From contig CBDHEC010000008.1 in NCBI GenBank assembly GCA_965261975.1, forward strand, positions 32,001-96,000: a DNA stretch of 64,000 bases. Direction: 5' to 3'. The notes under the pieces are model-generated. The model was given only the letters and a program-made list of their open reading frames with translations, was not told the DNA's origin and did not search any database. Shown one piece after another: positions 8,868-17,631 of this stretch. This DNA comes from Alphaproteobacteria bacterium (lineage in GTDB: Bacteria; Pseudomonadota; Alphaproteobacteria; UBA6615). Position 1 is the first letter of the stretch. Every line of letters begins with the position of its first letter. A program made the translations under genes and the position numbers.

Positions 8868-10355
8868 TCAGCCCGGGGAGCGCAGCTCGCCCGGATGCAT
8901 CATCGGCATCGGCTGTTTCTCGTTCAGTTCCGGCTTCAGCCAACGCACGATCCCCGCGACACCGTCGACGCCAACCGTGGAGCCGTCGGGTATCTGCTGG
9001 GTCGCACCGGCCACGCCGAGGACCATCGGGATGCCCCGCTCGCGGCCGAGCGACGCCAGATGCGAGGTGCTGCCGCCGAGTTCGGCGACGATCGCAGAAA
9101 CCCGCGGCAGAATACCGACCAGCGCGGGACCGGCAACGTTGGTCACCAGAACATCGCCGTGGTTCAGCCGTGAAATCTCGCATTCGCAGTTGATCACACA
9201 AGCCCGGCCCGAGCCCCAGCCCATGCCGCCGGGATGGCCACGCAGGCCAGGGCGACCGCGCCAGACTTCGTCGAGCACAATCGGCTCTTCGACATGCAGT
9301 GGGCGCGCCTGCAACATCTTGATGCCGACATCGTCCTTGGCCCACTCGACCTCGACCGAGAGCCCCATCATTTCCTCTGCCACCTTCATGTAGCGGGCGA
9401 GTTCGTGGACCTCATCGGTGGTCAGGCACTGACGGCGCGGTTCCGCGTCCTTCTTGGGGGCGTGGTCATGCTGATGATCATGTTCGTGGTTGTGATCGTG
9501 ATCATGGTCGTGGTCGTGGTCATGACTGTGATCATGCGCATGGTCATGATCGTGATCGTGGCCCTGCGCGCGGGTTGCCGCCACCGCGGCCATCGGGTTC
9601 TGGGGCGGGGCCTGGTGGGTGTGGCAATAGGCGCTGTGCTCGAAGTCCTGTCCGCCGACCGCCTCGATCAGCTTGCCTTCGGGTGTAAGATCGTAGCGAT
9701 CGGGTACGACCTCGCCCTGGGCGAGCGCTTCGCCGAGCCCCCAGGTCGCGCTCACGGACATGCCGCCATCGGCGGTCTGGCTCAGGCCACCGCCCGATGC
9801 CTCGGCCTCGATCAAAGGCTGGACCAGCACCGACATCGCGGTGTCGATCGCACTGATATCCTTGTCTTCCATGTAACGCATGGCCTGGGGCGACCAGAGG
9901 GCCCCCCAACAGGCACGTACCGCGGTCAGAAAATCCGCTTCGCCCTCGATCCCCAGGAAGGTCTGGAACTGGCCCGCGAAGGACGACCCTTCGGTGTCCT
10001 CCATCAGTGACGATGAGCGCACGGCCAGGCGCATGCCTGACTCCGCCGTCAGCACGCGGTAGGCATCGAGCAACTCGGATTCGATTTCAGGCGCGATGGG
10101 TTCGGAGAACAGGCCGATACGCACTTCGGCAATTGGCCCGCGCGATTCCATGAACGGCAGGCTGACGGCCTGATCGGCTGCTTCCACAAGGCCGAGAGAT
10201 TCCAGCTGATGGAAATAAGCATCCGCGCCAAGCACAAAACCACCGGGGGTCGGCAACCCGGCATGGCCGAGAGCCGCCTGGTTGGCAGCCTTGGGACCGA
10301 ATCGTTCCGCATCCGTCGCCGCCTTGTCAGACAGCGGCACAACGAACTTCGCCAT
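8868..10355 (-). CDS. PEP-synthase/dikinase-like protein: ATP-grasp (PPDK_N) plus phospho-His swivel domain, with His-rich insert and no substrate-binding domain
   Basis: GPKAAN, AVRSSS..ED..SFAGQ, WGLGE, EVEWA..LQARP (ATP-grasp); ELGGSTSHLASLGRERGIPMVLGV (swivel His). Confidence 0.85.
   Translation of the reverse strand: MAKFVVPLSDKAATDAERFGPKAANQAALGHAGLPTPGGFVLGADAYFHQLESLGLVEAADQAVSLPFMESRGPIAEVRIGLFSEPIAPEIESELLDAYRVLTAESGMRLAVRSSSLMEDTEGSSFAGQFQTFLGIEGEADFLTAVRACWGALWSPQAMRYMEDKDISAIDTAMSVLVQPLIEAEASGGGLSQTADGGMSVSATWGLGEALAQGEVVPDRYDLTPEGKLIEAVGGQDFEHSAYCHTHQAPPQNPMAAVAATRAQGHDHDHDHAHDHSHDHDHDHDHDHNHEHDHQHDHAPKKDAEPRRQCLTTDEVHELARYMKVAEEMMGLSVEVEWAKDDVGIKMLQARPLHVEEPIVLDEVWRGRPGLRGHPGGMGWGSGRACVINCECEISRLNHGDVLVTNVAGPALVGILPRVSAIVAELGGSTSHLASLGRERGIPMVLGVAGATQQIPDGSTVGVDGVAGIVRWLKPELNEKQPMPMMHPGELRSPG
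9462..9560 (-). repeat. Low-complexity coding repeat, 33 aa with His at every second position (17 His)
   Basis: Encodes HDHDHDHAHDHSHDHDHDHDHDHNHEHDHQHDH; hexamer-like CAY-GAY units with synonymous variation. Confidence 0.9.
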
Positions 10356-10410
10356 ATTCCGTTACCTCTAATCCAGATGCCCGAAACATAAAGCCGGGCT
10401 CAATTATCAA

Positions 10411-10441
10411 TTCGGCCGGGCGATCAAGCCGCCCGGCCGAA
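10411..10441. terminator. 12-bp perfect intergenic hairpin (terminator or mRNA-stabilising stem)
   Basis: TTCGGCCGGGCG-atcaagc-CGCCCGGCCGAA between the M24 and dikinase-like genes; no clear U-tract. Confidence 0.45.
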
Positions 10442-10486
10442 CCAATTCATATTCTAAGCTCCGTTGCGGAGCGCAACAACGCGTAC

Positions 10487-11746
10487 TTAGTGCGGCATCG
10501 GGTCCACGACCGTGATCTGGTTCACCGGGAAGTTGGTGATGACCTCGGTCTCGTCTGCATGGACGATCTGCATCTCCTCGATGCGGACGCCGAACTTGAA
10601 CGGAATACCGTGCTGCGTCTCGAGCGCGAAGACCATGCCTTCCTGGATCTCGATCGGGTGATCGAGGGACCAGATGCGCGAGATGACGGGCGGATCGTAC
10701 TGGGCAAGACCCAGGCCATGGCCCCACAGGTTCGCCGCGGCCTGATCTTCTTCCTCGTAGCCCCAGGCTTCCTTGGCCGACGGCCATTTCAGCGCGATGT
10801 CACGGGTCGAGGCACCAACCTTGACCGCTTCCATCGAGGACTGGAGCCAATCGAGCGCCTCGGCGTAGACGTCCTTCATCTCCTGCGTCGGCTCGCGGCC
10901 CACGCAATAGGTGCGGTAGTAGCAGGACTTGTAGCCATTCCATGTCAGTGCGGCCAAATCCATGAAGACGATGTCGCCCGGCTGGATGATGCGGTCACCG
11001 AAGTTGCGCCAGTTCGGCCATGTGTTCGGACCCGAGGAAACGATGACGTCCTCGACGTCTTCCATGCCAGGAATGTCGTACAGGAACTTCATGATGTGCG
11101 CGGTCACCTGGTTCTCGGTGATACCCGGCTTCAGGAACTTCATGCACTCCCAGTGAGCGGCATCGCCGATCGCACCAACGATACGGGCACATTCCTGCTC
11201 GTCCTGGCTCTTGACCGCGCGGGCCTCCATCATCGGCGACATGCCGTCGGCCCACTCGATGCCCTCTTCGGCGAAGTGGTTCATCATGTTGATGTCGACG
11301 AAATCGACGCCCAGCTTCTCGCCGGCCACACCGAAACGCGCCATCTCTTCCTTGATGGCGTTGGTGAACTTGGTGACCTGCTGCTTCGAAGCACCGCCGG
11401 CCGCGCCCTTGATCCAGGCATAGGAGTAGCGGATGTTCTCGGGCGGGATCCACGGCGCGTGGCGCTCGACCTGCATGCCGATATCGCCCTGCTCGAACAG
11501 GACCGGTGCGGCATCGCCACACAGCAGCGCATAGCGCAGACCCGGCTTCAGGCGGTTCCAGCCCGGGGTCAGCGTTCCCGTAATGTAGCGAACGTTTTCG
11601 TCATACATCACCAGCATGGCGCCAAGGCCAGCCTTCTTCATCATGTCGCGGGCGCGTTCGAGCCGATAATTACGCAGGCGGTCCCAGTTGACCTTTTCCT
11701 GCCAATCGACTCCGGCAATGCCGAAATTCGCCGTTCCGTATCGCAT
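10487..11746 (-). CDS. M24 (Xaa-Pro peptidase/creatinase fold) family protein with atypical metal site
   Basis: Creatinase_N-like start (DENVRYITG); pita-bread motifs DIVFMD, GYKSCYYRT, GHGLGL, GMVFALET and GVRIEE. Confidence 0.85.
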   Translation of the reverse strand: MRYGTANFGIAGVDWQEKVNWDRLRNYRLERARDMMKKAGLGAMLVMYDENVRYITGTLTPGWNRLKPGLRYALLCGDAAPVLFEQGDIGMQVERHAPWIPPENIRYSYAWIKGAAGGASKQQVTKFTNAIKEEMARFGVAGEKLGVDFVDINMMNHFAEEGIEWADGMSPMMEARAVKSQDEQECARIVGAIGDAAHWECMKFLKPGITENQVTAHIMKFLYDIPGMEDVEDVIVSSGPNTWPNWRNFGDRIIQPGDIVFMDLAALTWNGYKSCYYRTYCVGREPTQEMKDVYAEALDWLQSSMEAVKVGASTRDIALKWPSAKEAWGYEEEDQAAANLWGHGLGLAQYDPPVISRIWSLDHPIEIQEGMVFALETQHGIPFKFGVRIEEMQIVHADETEVITNFPVNQITVVDPMPH

Positions 11747-11942
11747 GTTTTACTCCTCGCATATTCAATGCGTCTGGGTTTTCTAACCAGGCACCCCGTA
11801 CCGCTAGGGCCGTCTCGATAAAACGATGCGGGCGGACGAAAGCACTGTTCGGCGCGGATCATATCCGCAAACGAACTGCAGTAAAAGGCAAGTATACAGA
11901 AAAACAGTCGGTTTCGAACGTCGAAACGAAAAGTAAAAAAGT

Positions 11943-11979
11943 AACGTTATAACGTTTAGATAATGTTACGTTATAACGT
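11943..11979. promoter_or_regulatory. Tandem palindromic operator
   Basis: AACGTTATAACGTT (11943-11956) and ACGTTATAACGT (11968-11979), centres 24 bp apart, in an AT-rich patch about 200 bp upstream of the M24 gene. Confidence 0.75.
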
Positions 11980-11989
11980 CTTGTCTTTT

Positions 11990-13714
11990 CTACTCTGCCG
12001 CCGCCGCATCGTTCTTCACGGGATCGGTCGAGAACTCGATTCCACCCTCATCTGTACGATGCAAACGCGTCACCTTGCGCCAGTCGGCATCGTTGGTGTC
12101 AGGATAGTCGAGGCGGTAATGGGCGCCACGGCTTTCCTTTCGTTCCACCGCCGCGGTCGCGAGAATTCGGCCCAGAAGCGCCAGGTTGCGGATCGAAAGC
12201 GCACTCTCGATTTCCTCGCCACGCCCCTTGCCGGTCTCACGGGCCTCTTCCGACAAACGCAGGTTCGGCAGATCCTCATTCTCGATACGCTCATATTCCG
12301 TGAGCGCTTCACGAAGCGTGTCCTCGTCACGGATCGGGCCCAGCTTGTCATGGGCCAGCATCCGGCAATGCATCCGCACATCACCCTGATACGGGCCCTC
12401 GGCCCGCTCCAGGAGACCGCTCAGCCATTCACGCTCTTCTTCGGGAATGGCGTTGTCGCCAAGGGTCGGGACCGACACGGGCTCGGCATTCACAAGCTCT
12501 GCCGCCTTGCGGCCTGCACGGCGACCGAACGCCAGCGACGCGGCCAGGGCTGACCCGCCGATGCGGTTGCCGCCATGGATACCGCCGGCCGTCTCGCCCG
12601 CAGCAAACAGACCCGGGATGGAGCTCTGACCATAGGTGTCCACATCGAGGCCACCGAGCCATGTATGGCTACCCGGGGCAACCTCGAGCGGGGTCTTGGT
12701 GATGTCGATGCCGCGGTGCAGGCAGGTCTTGTAGACATGCGGGATCTGCTTCTGGATGGTCTCGATCGGAATCGCCGTCGCATCCATGTAAATGCCGCCC
12801 GTGGAACCGGCGCGGCCCGCGTGGATTTCCTTGGCCATCGCCAGGATCACTTCCGAACGCGATGATTTTTCCGCCGTGTCCGGGAAGTAACGCTTGAGGA
12901 ACTCCTCGCCCTCTTCGTTGCGGAACACCGCACCGGCGTTGATGAAGCCTGTGGGATGGGGTGCGAAACCGAACAATTCCTCGGGTGAACAGCACATGGC
13001 CTGGAAATCGATCATCTCGATCCCCAGCAGATCCGCACCCGCGCGGAAGCCCATGACATAGCCGTCACCGGTCACCTGCGGCGGGTTGTCATTCACATAG
13101 AACAGACCGCTGCCGCCGCCCGTCGCGAGGATCACCTGCTGGGCGGTGTAGGTCACCAGCTTGGCGTTGCGATAGTCCACGCCCCAGGCGCCGACGACAC
13201 GACCCTCATGCTTCACCAGGTCGACGACCGCCGTCAGGGAGTGTTTCTCGATCCGGTCGTCGCCGCGCAGGCGTTTCGACAGGACCTTCGTCACCATGTT
13301 GCCGGTGGTGTCATAGTGATGACACGCGCGTGGATGGGAATGGTTGGGGAACATCTTCAGGTCGAGTTCGCCATCCTCGCCGCGGATGAACTCGCCACCC
13401 CATTCCTCGAGGTCCTTGACGATCTGGACGATATCCTCGCACCAGGCCCGTGCCATCTCGGGGTCGATCAGCTCGCCACCATATTTCAGGATGTCTTCCA
13501 GATGCTGGGCAGGGCTGTCGTCCTTGCCCATCGCCGCGGCAAAACCGCCGCGCGCCACCGTCGTCGTGCCGCTGGTCGCACGACCCTTGGTCACCTGGAT
13601 CGTCTTGACGCCGGCCGTGGCGCACTCAAATGCGGCCATGGTCGCCGCGGCGCCGCCGCCGACAATCAGGACGTCGGTCTCAAAATGTTCGACCTCAATG
13701 GAAAGGCTCATCAC
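11990..13714 (-). CDS. FAD-binding protein, SdhA/FrdA/NadB/AprA flavoprotein family, stand-alone
   Basis: DVLIVGGGAA, VILATGG, TGDG, GLFAAGE, HGGNRIGG and RKESRGAHYRLDYP motifs. Confidence 0.88.
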   Translation of the reverse strand: MMSLSIEVEHFETDVLIVGGGAAATMAAFECATAGVKTIQVTKGRATSGTTTVARGGFAAAMGKDDSPAQHLEDILKYGGELIDPEMARAWCEDIVQIVKDLEEWGGEFIRGEDGELDLKMFPNHSHPRACHHYDTTGNMVTKVLSKRLRGDDRIEKHSLTAVVDLVKHEGRVVGAWGVDYRNAKLVTYTAQQVILATGGGSGLFYVNDNPPQVTGDGYVMGFRAGADLLGIEMIDFQAMCCSPEELFGFAPHPTGFINAGAVFRNEEGEEFLKRYFPDTAEKSSRSEVILAMAKEIHAGRAGSTGGIYMDATAIPIETIQKQIPHVYKTCLHRGIDITKTPLEVAPGSHTWLGGLDVDTYGQSSIPGLFAAGETAGGIHGGNRIGGSALAASLAFGRRAGRKAAELVNAEPVSVPTLGDNAIPEEEREWLSGLLERAEGPYQGDVRMHCRMLAHDKLGPIRDEDTLREALTEYERIENEDLPNLRLSEEARETGKGRGEEIESALSIRNLALLGRILATAAVERKESRGAHYRLDYPDTNDADWRKVTRLHRTDEGGIEFSTDPVKNDAAAAE

Positions 13715-14991
13715 GCTGCTCCGGATGTGCGGGTGCCGCCCGATGCGGACCCGATGATTTCAAGAAAAGCCGCCACGCAGGCATCTGCGAAGGCGGCGTC
13801 GTTGATATGACACGGGAGTTCTTCGACCGTGCCAGTGGTCAGGTTTTCACTCAGGGTCTGGCTGAACATACGGTCGGTCTCGGGCTGTTTCCACGATCCC
13901 AACTCGTTCTCCGCCAGGTCATATGTCTTGCGCTTGGTGTGCTCGCTATATCCCTCGAGCGGGATCAGCACCCGGACCGGCCCGCTGGCGGCGTTCAGCC
14001 GTTCGGCGAAGGCCCGGCCGAGCTCGGCCATCTCCTCGCCGTTGGTCCGCATCAGAAGATTCTGCGCGTTGTACTGGAAGAACTCACGGTCGCGATAGCG
14101 CTCCGGCGCCTGCCCGGCCCAGAAATTCGAATGGTCGATCGCGCCCGGCACCACGACCTGTGGCAGCCCCATGGCGCCGGCGCCGGTCAGGCGTTCGCCG
14201 CCCGCGTCATACACGCCATTGGTCACGAAATCCGTAAGCTCGTGGGTGGTAATGTCCAGAACACCGGCCAGCTCGCCCTCGCGTGCCAGCCGTTCGAGTG
14301 CGCGTCCGCCGATGCCGGAGGCGTGGAACAGAATGACCTCGAAACCTTCTGCCTCGAGCAGCGCCTGCGCGCGGTCGACACAGCCTGCCGTGCCGCCGAA
14401 GGACGAAACCGCCGCAAGCGGCGGATGACCTTCGGTCTCGGCGGCCTTGTTCGCCCGGTGGCTCGCCGCAGCGGCCACCCCAACGGCGGCGTTCTCCATC
14501 GCGGCCTTGGTGATCCGGTTGAGCGCCACATCGCCGATCGAGGCGTGCATGGCGATATCGGCCTCTGCCACATACCATTGCACGGCGGCCGTCGCCGCAA
14601 CCGCGCTCACCATCGCTTTCGGAACCAGATACGGCAGCGCGCGCATGATTGCGCATGCCATGGTCGTGCCGTTGGCACCGCCGAGGCCGATCGCGCCGTC
14701 CAGTTCGCCGGCATCGAAGCGGCCGCGCACGACCTTGATGGCGCCGTCCAGCATGGCGTCCGACGCCGCGCGCCGGTCCATGTTCGCCAGGCCGTCCCAG
14801 CTATGCCCGCCGGCTTCGGCGACATCACCGCCGGTCATGTCCGCGCCGGCGCTGTCATGGGGCATCAGGGAGAGGTCGACGATCCATGGCGTGGCACCGG
14901 CGTCGGCCAAGCATGACGCAACAAACAGCGCTTCGGGAGCCTTGGTGTCCATGGTCACCAGGATGGCGACAGTCGGTTTGGCGGCTGACAT
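13711..14991 (-). CDS. Tm-1-like ATP-binding domain protein (UPF0261)
   Basis: TMDTK..E, GLGGANGT, ALPYLVPKAMVS, FHASGIGG, LDITTHE, VPGAID and HIND motifs. Confidence 0.88.
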   Translation of the reverse strand: MSAAKPTVAILVTMDTKAPEALFVASCLADAGATPWIVDLSLMPHDSAGADMTGGDVAEAGGHSWDGLANMDRRAASDAMLDGAIKVVRGRFDAGELDGAIGLGGANGTTMACAIMRALPYLVPKAMVSAVAATAAVQWYVAEADIAMHASIGDVALNRITKAAMENAAVGVAAAASHRANKAAETEGHPPLAAVSSFGGTAGCVDRAQALLEAEGFEVILFHASGIGGRALERLAREGELAGVLDITTHELTDFVTNGVYDAGGERLTGAGAMGLPQVVVPGAIDHSNFWAGQAPERYRDREFFQYNAQNLLMRTNGEEMAELGRAFAERLNAASGPVRVLIPLEGYSEHTKRKTYDLAENELGSWKQPETDRMFSQTLSENLTTGTVEELPCHINDAAFADACVAAFLEIIGSASGGTRTSGAA

Positions 14992-15205
14992 TTCGGGCCG
15001 TCTCTTCCCTGTTGTTTTTCTGCGTGCGGGTTTATCACATGCCGCAGAGCTAATCGCGACGCTCAACCGCAATAAACTTGTTCCGATTATTCCCGGACAA
15101 GTCCCGCTTTTCGCGGATCATAGCGAATGAGAGAGCGTCTCGAAACATGCGCAAGAAGTTTGCGTGCTTTAGTATCTACGAACCATAACCGCGTTGAGAT
15201 CACCC

Positions 15206-16072
15206 ATGCCTGCACCCATTCAGCCGCGCCGCAGCTTCATCTTCTCTCCCGGCACCGACCCGTCGATGTTCACCAAGGCCATCGGCTCGGGTGCAGATAT
15301 CGTCTGCGTCGAACTCGAAGACGGTGTCGCGCCCCACGACAAGGACGACGCGCGTGAGAACATGCTCGGTATTTTCGCCGAGCCCCAGGCTGACGACGGG
15401 GTGGAACGCATCGTCCGGGTCAACGAACTGGGCAGCGACTATGGTCGCGCCGACCTGGCGGCGATCTACGAAGCCAAGTCACCGCCCCCGGCCCTGATGC
15501 TGCCCAAGGTCAACACCGCCGAAGAAGTCCGGGGCGTGTCGGACAAGCTCGACGAACTGGGCCTGCCTGTCCGGCTGCAGATCATCATCGAGACCAATCA
15601 CGGGCTGGAGGCCGCCTACGACATCGCCCATGCCAGCCACCGCATCGACTCGCTGCTGTTCGGTGGTGTCGACCTCGCCGCCGACCTGCGTTGCGAATAT
15701 GCCTGGGAGCCGCTGCTCTACGCCCGTTCACGGGTGGTGCATGCCGCCGCCGCGGCCGGGGTCGACGCGATCGACGTGCCCTGGCTCGACCTCAAGGATT
15801 TCGACGGCCTGCGCCAGGAGGCAGAGGCCAGCGCGCGTCTGGGCTTCACCGGCAAGGGTGCGATCCATCCCAACCAGATCGAGATCATCAACGGGATCTT
15901 CTCGCCCAGCGCCGAAGAAATAGCCCACGCCCGCAAGATCGTGGCGGCCTTCGAAGAAGCCAACACAGGCCTCGTCGTCGTCGACGGCAAACTGATCGAG
16001 CGACCGGTGCTGCGGACGATGGAGCGAATTATTGCCGTGGCCGACCGGGCCGCGGAACGGGCCGGCACCTGA
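15206..16072 (+). CDS. CitE/HpcH-type CoA-ester lyase
   Basis: RRSFIFSPG, ELEDGV, LPKV, IIET and GFTGKGAIHPNQ motifs. Confidence 0.92.
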   Translation: MPAPIQPRRSFIFSPGTDPSMFTKAIGSGADIVCVELEDGVAPHDKDDARENMLGIFAEPQADDGVERIVRVNELGSDYGRADLAAIYEAKSPPPALMLPKVNTAEEVRGVSDKLDELGLPVRLQIIIETNHGLEAAYDIAHASHRIDSLLFGGVDLAADLRCEYAWEPLLYARSRVVHAAAAAGVDAIDVPWLDLKDFDGLRQEAEASARLGFTGKGAIHPNQIEIINGIFSPSAEEIAHARKIVAAFEEANTGLVVVDGKLIERPVLRTMERIIAVADRAAERAGT

Positions 16073-16080
16073 CCGCCGGG

Positions 16081-17493
16081 TCAGCCGACCGCAGGCGGTG
16101 TCCCGAGGCGTTGCCGCGCCGCTCCCAGGACCTTCTCGAAGGCCCGTGCGATGGCTATCGCCTGTGCATCTGCGCCGCCTGCACACATGACCTGCAGGCC
16201 GACCGGCATCCCCGCCGCGTCGAGCGCCACAGGGATCGTCACCCCATTCATCGCCAGCAGGTTCGCCACTGTCGTGTTCCGGGCCGCCATCAAATTGGCC
16301 TTCATATAAGCCTTCGGATCCTGCACGTCGGCAATCTTCGGCGGCGTAATCGGCACCGTCGGCCCAACCACCCCATGCACGCCCGCGATCGCGGCATGCG
16401 CGGTCGTTGAAAGCACCGACATCCGTCGCAACCGGCTGCGATAGTCGCTCGAGGTCATCGCCGCCATCTTGTCGAAACGCGATCCCACCATCGGATCGAT
16501 ATCCTCGAGGAAGTCCGGCAATTCATCCTTGATAAAGCTGGCAAATTCGAAGGCCGACAGGCCGCCACTGCGGAAAATCCGATCGACTTCGTCGAGGCCG
16601 GGAATTTCAACCTTGGTAATCCGCGCGCCGGCCGCCTCAAGCTCCGTCAGCGCTGACTGCACGGCTTCGGCGATACCCGGGTCGCAGTCGGCGAAGAATG
16701 TCTCGCAGACGCCGATCCGGAAATCACCGACCACCGCCGCCTCAACATCGGCCATAAAGCTCCCGGGATCCGGGCTGACGACGGGATCGATCACCGAGAA
16801 TGCCAATGCCGCGTCGGCGACCGATCGCGCGAGCACGCCGGGCGTATCGAGCGTGCTGCTCAGCGGCGTGATGCCCTCGATCGACCAACGGTCCTGGGTG
16901 GTCTTGATGCCAACAGTCCCGGTCATGCTGGCGGGCATGCGTACCGACCCCGCCGTGTCAGTGCCCATTGCCACCAACGCCGAACCTTCCCACAGGCTCA
17001 CACCCGCACCCGCGCTGGAGCCGCCGGGCGCGCGATGATCATTGGCATCCCACGGGTTGCGCGGTGTGCCCCAATGAGGGTTCGTGCCCAGCGCACCGAA
17101 GGCGAACTGCACCGTATGGGTCTTGCCCGAGAATGTGGCGAGCTGTCCCCGCAATGCGCGTATCACCGGACCTTCGTGGCGCCACGCCTCGGGCAGTTCA
17201 CGCGGTGAGCCGGCGAAGGTCGGGTATCCACGAACGCCGTACAGATCCTTCACCGATACCGGTATGCCCTGCAGCGGCCCGAGGTCGATGCCGGTCGCAA
17301 ACGCGCCGTCGGCAACATCGGCCTCGGCGCGAAAGCGCGTCGAATCCCAGGTTTTGTACGCGCCGAAGGTGGCATCACCCGCCTCATGGTTGGCGATGGC
17401 GGCGTCCGCAAGCGCAGCCGCACTTGTTCTGCCTTCCCGCAAATCAGCGGTTAATTCGACAATAGTGCGGTCTTCGAGTTTGATTTCAGGCAT
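16081..17493 (-). CDS. Amidase-signature family protein
   Basis: GIPVSVKD, PGGSSAG and GTDTAGSVRMPAS (Lys-Ser-Ser triad). Confidence 0.92.
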   Translation of the reverse strand: MPEIKLEDRTIVELTADLREGRTSAAALADAAIANHEAGDATFGAYKTWDSTRFRAEADVADGAFATGIDLGPLQGIPVSVKDLYGVRGYPTFAGSPRELPEAWRHEGPVIRALRGQLATFSGKTHTVQFAFGALGTNPHWGTPRNPWDANDHRAPGGSSAGAGVSLWEGSALVAMGTDTAGSVRMPASMTGTVGIKTTQDRWSIEGITPLSSTLDTPGVLARSVADAALAFSVIDPVVSPDPGSFMADVEAAVVGDFRIGVCETFFADCDPGIAEAVQSALTELEAAGARITKVEIPGLDEVDRIFRSGGLSAFEFASFIKDELPDFLEDIDPMVGSRFDKMAAMTSSDYRSRLRRMSVLSTTAHAAIAGVHGVVGPTVPITPPKIADVQDPKAYMKANLMAARNTTVANLLAMNGVTIPVALDAAGMPVGLQVMCAGGADAQAIAIARAFEKVLGAARQRLGTPPAVG

Positions 17494-17631
17494 CGGTGGG
17501 CGCTCCTCGCTCACATGCTGCATTCTTCGTTCCCGCGAGAACAGGAGTAATTTGCGCCGACCACTCGCCCGGCGCTCGGTTTATTGTCTATGCTGCGCCC
17601 AGCGAGTAACCCGCTCTTGGAGAGAGTGAAC

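Noticed and set aside
9462-9560. CRISPR array or non-coding tandem repeat
   Set aside because: Hexamer periodicity is explained by an in-frame His-X coding tract; no repeat-spacer structure and no cas genes.
8868-10355. Rifampin phosphotransferase or true PEP synthase
   Set aside because: Too short; lacks both the rifampin-binding middle domain and the pyruvate-binding barrel.
10487-11746. DMSP lyase DddP
   Set aside because: Lacks the DddP-type N-terminal motifs as I recall them and has Cys at a position where DddP keeps Asp.
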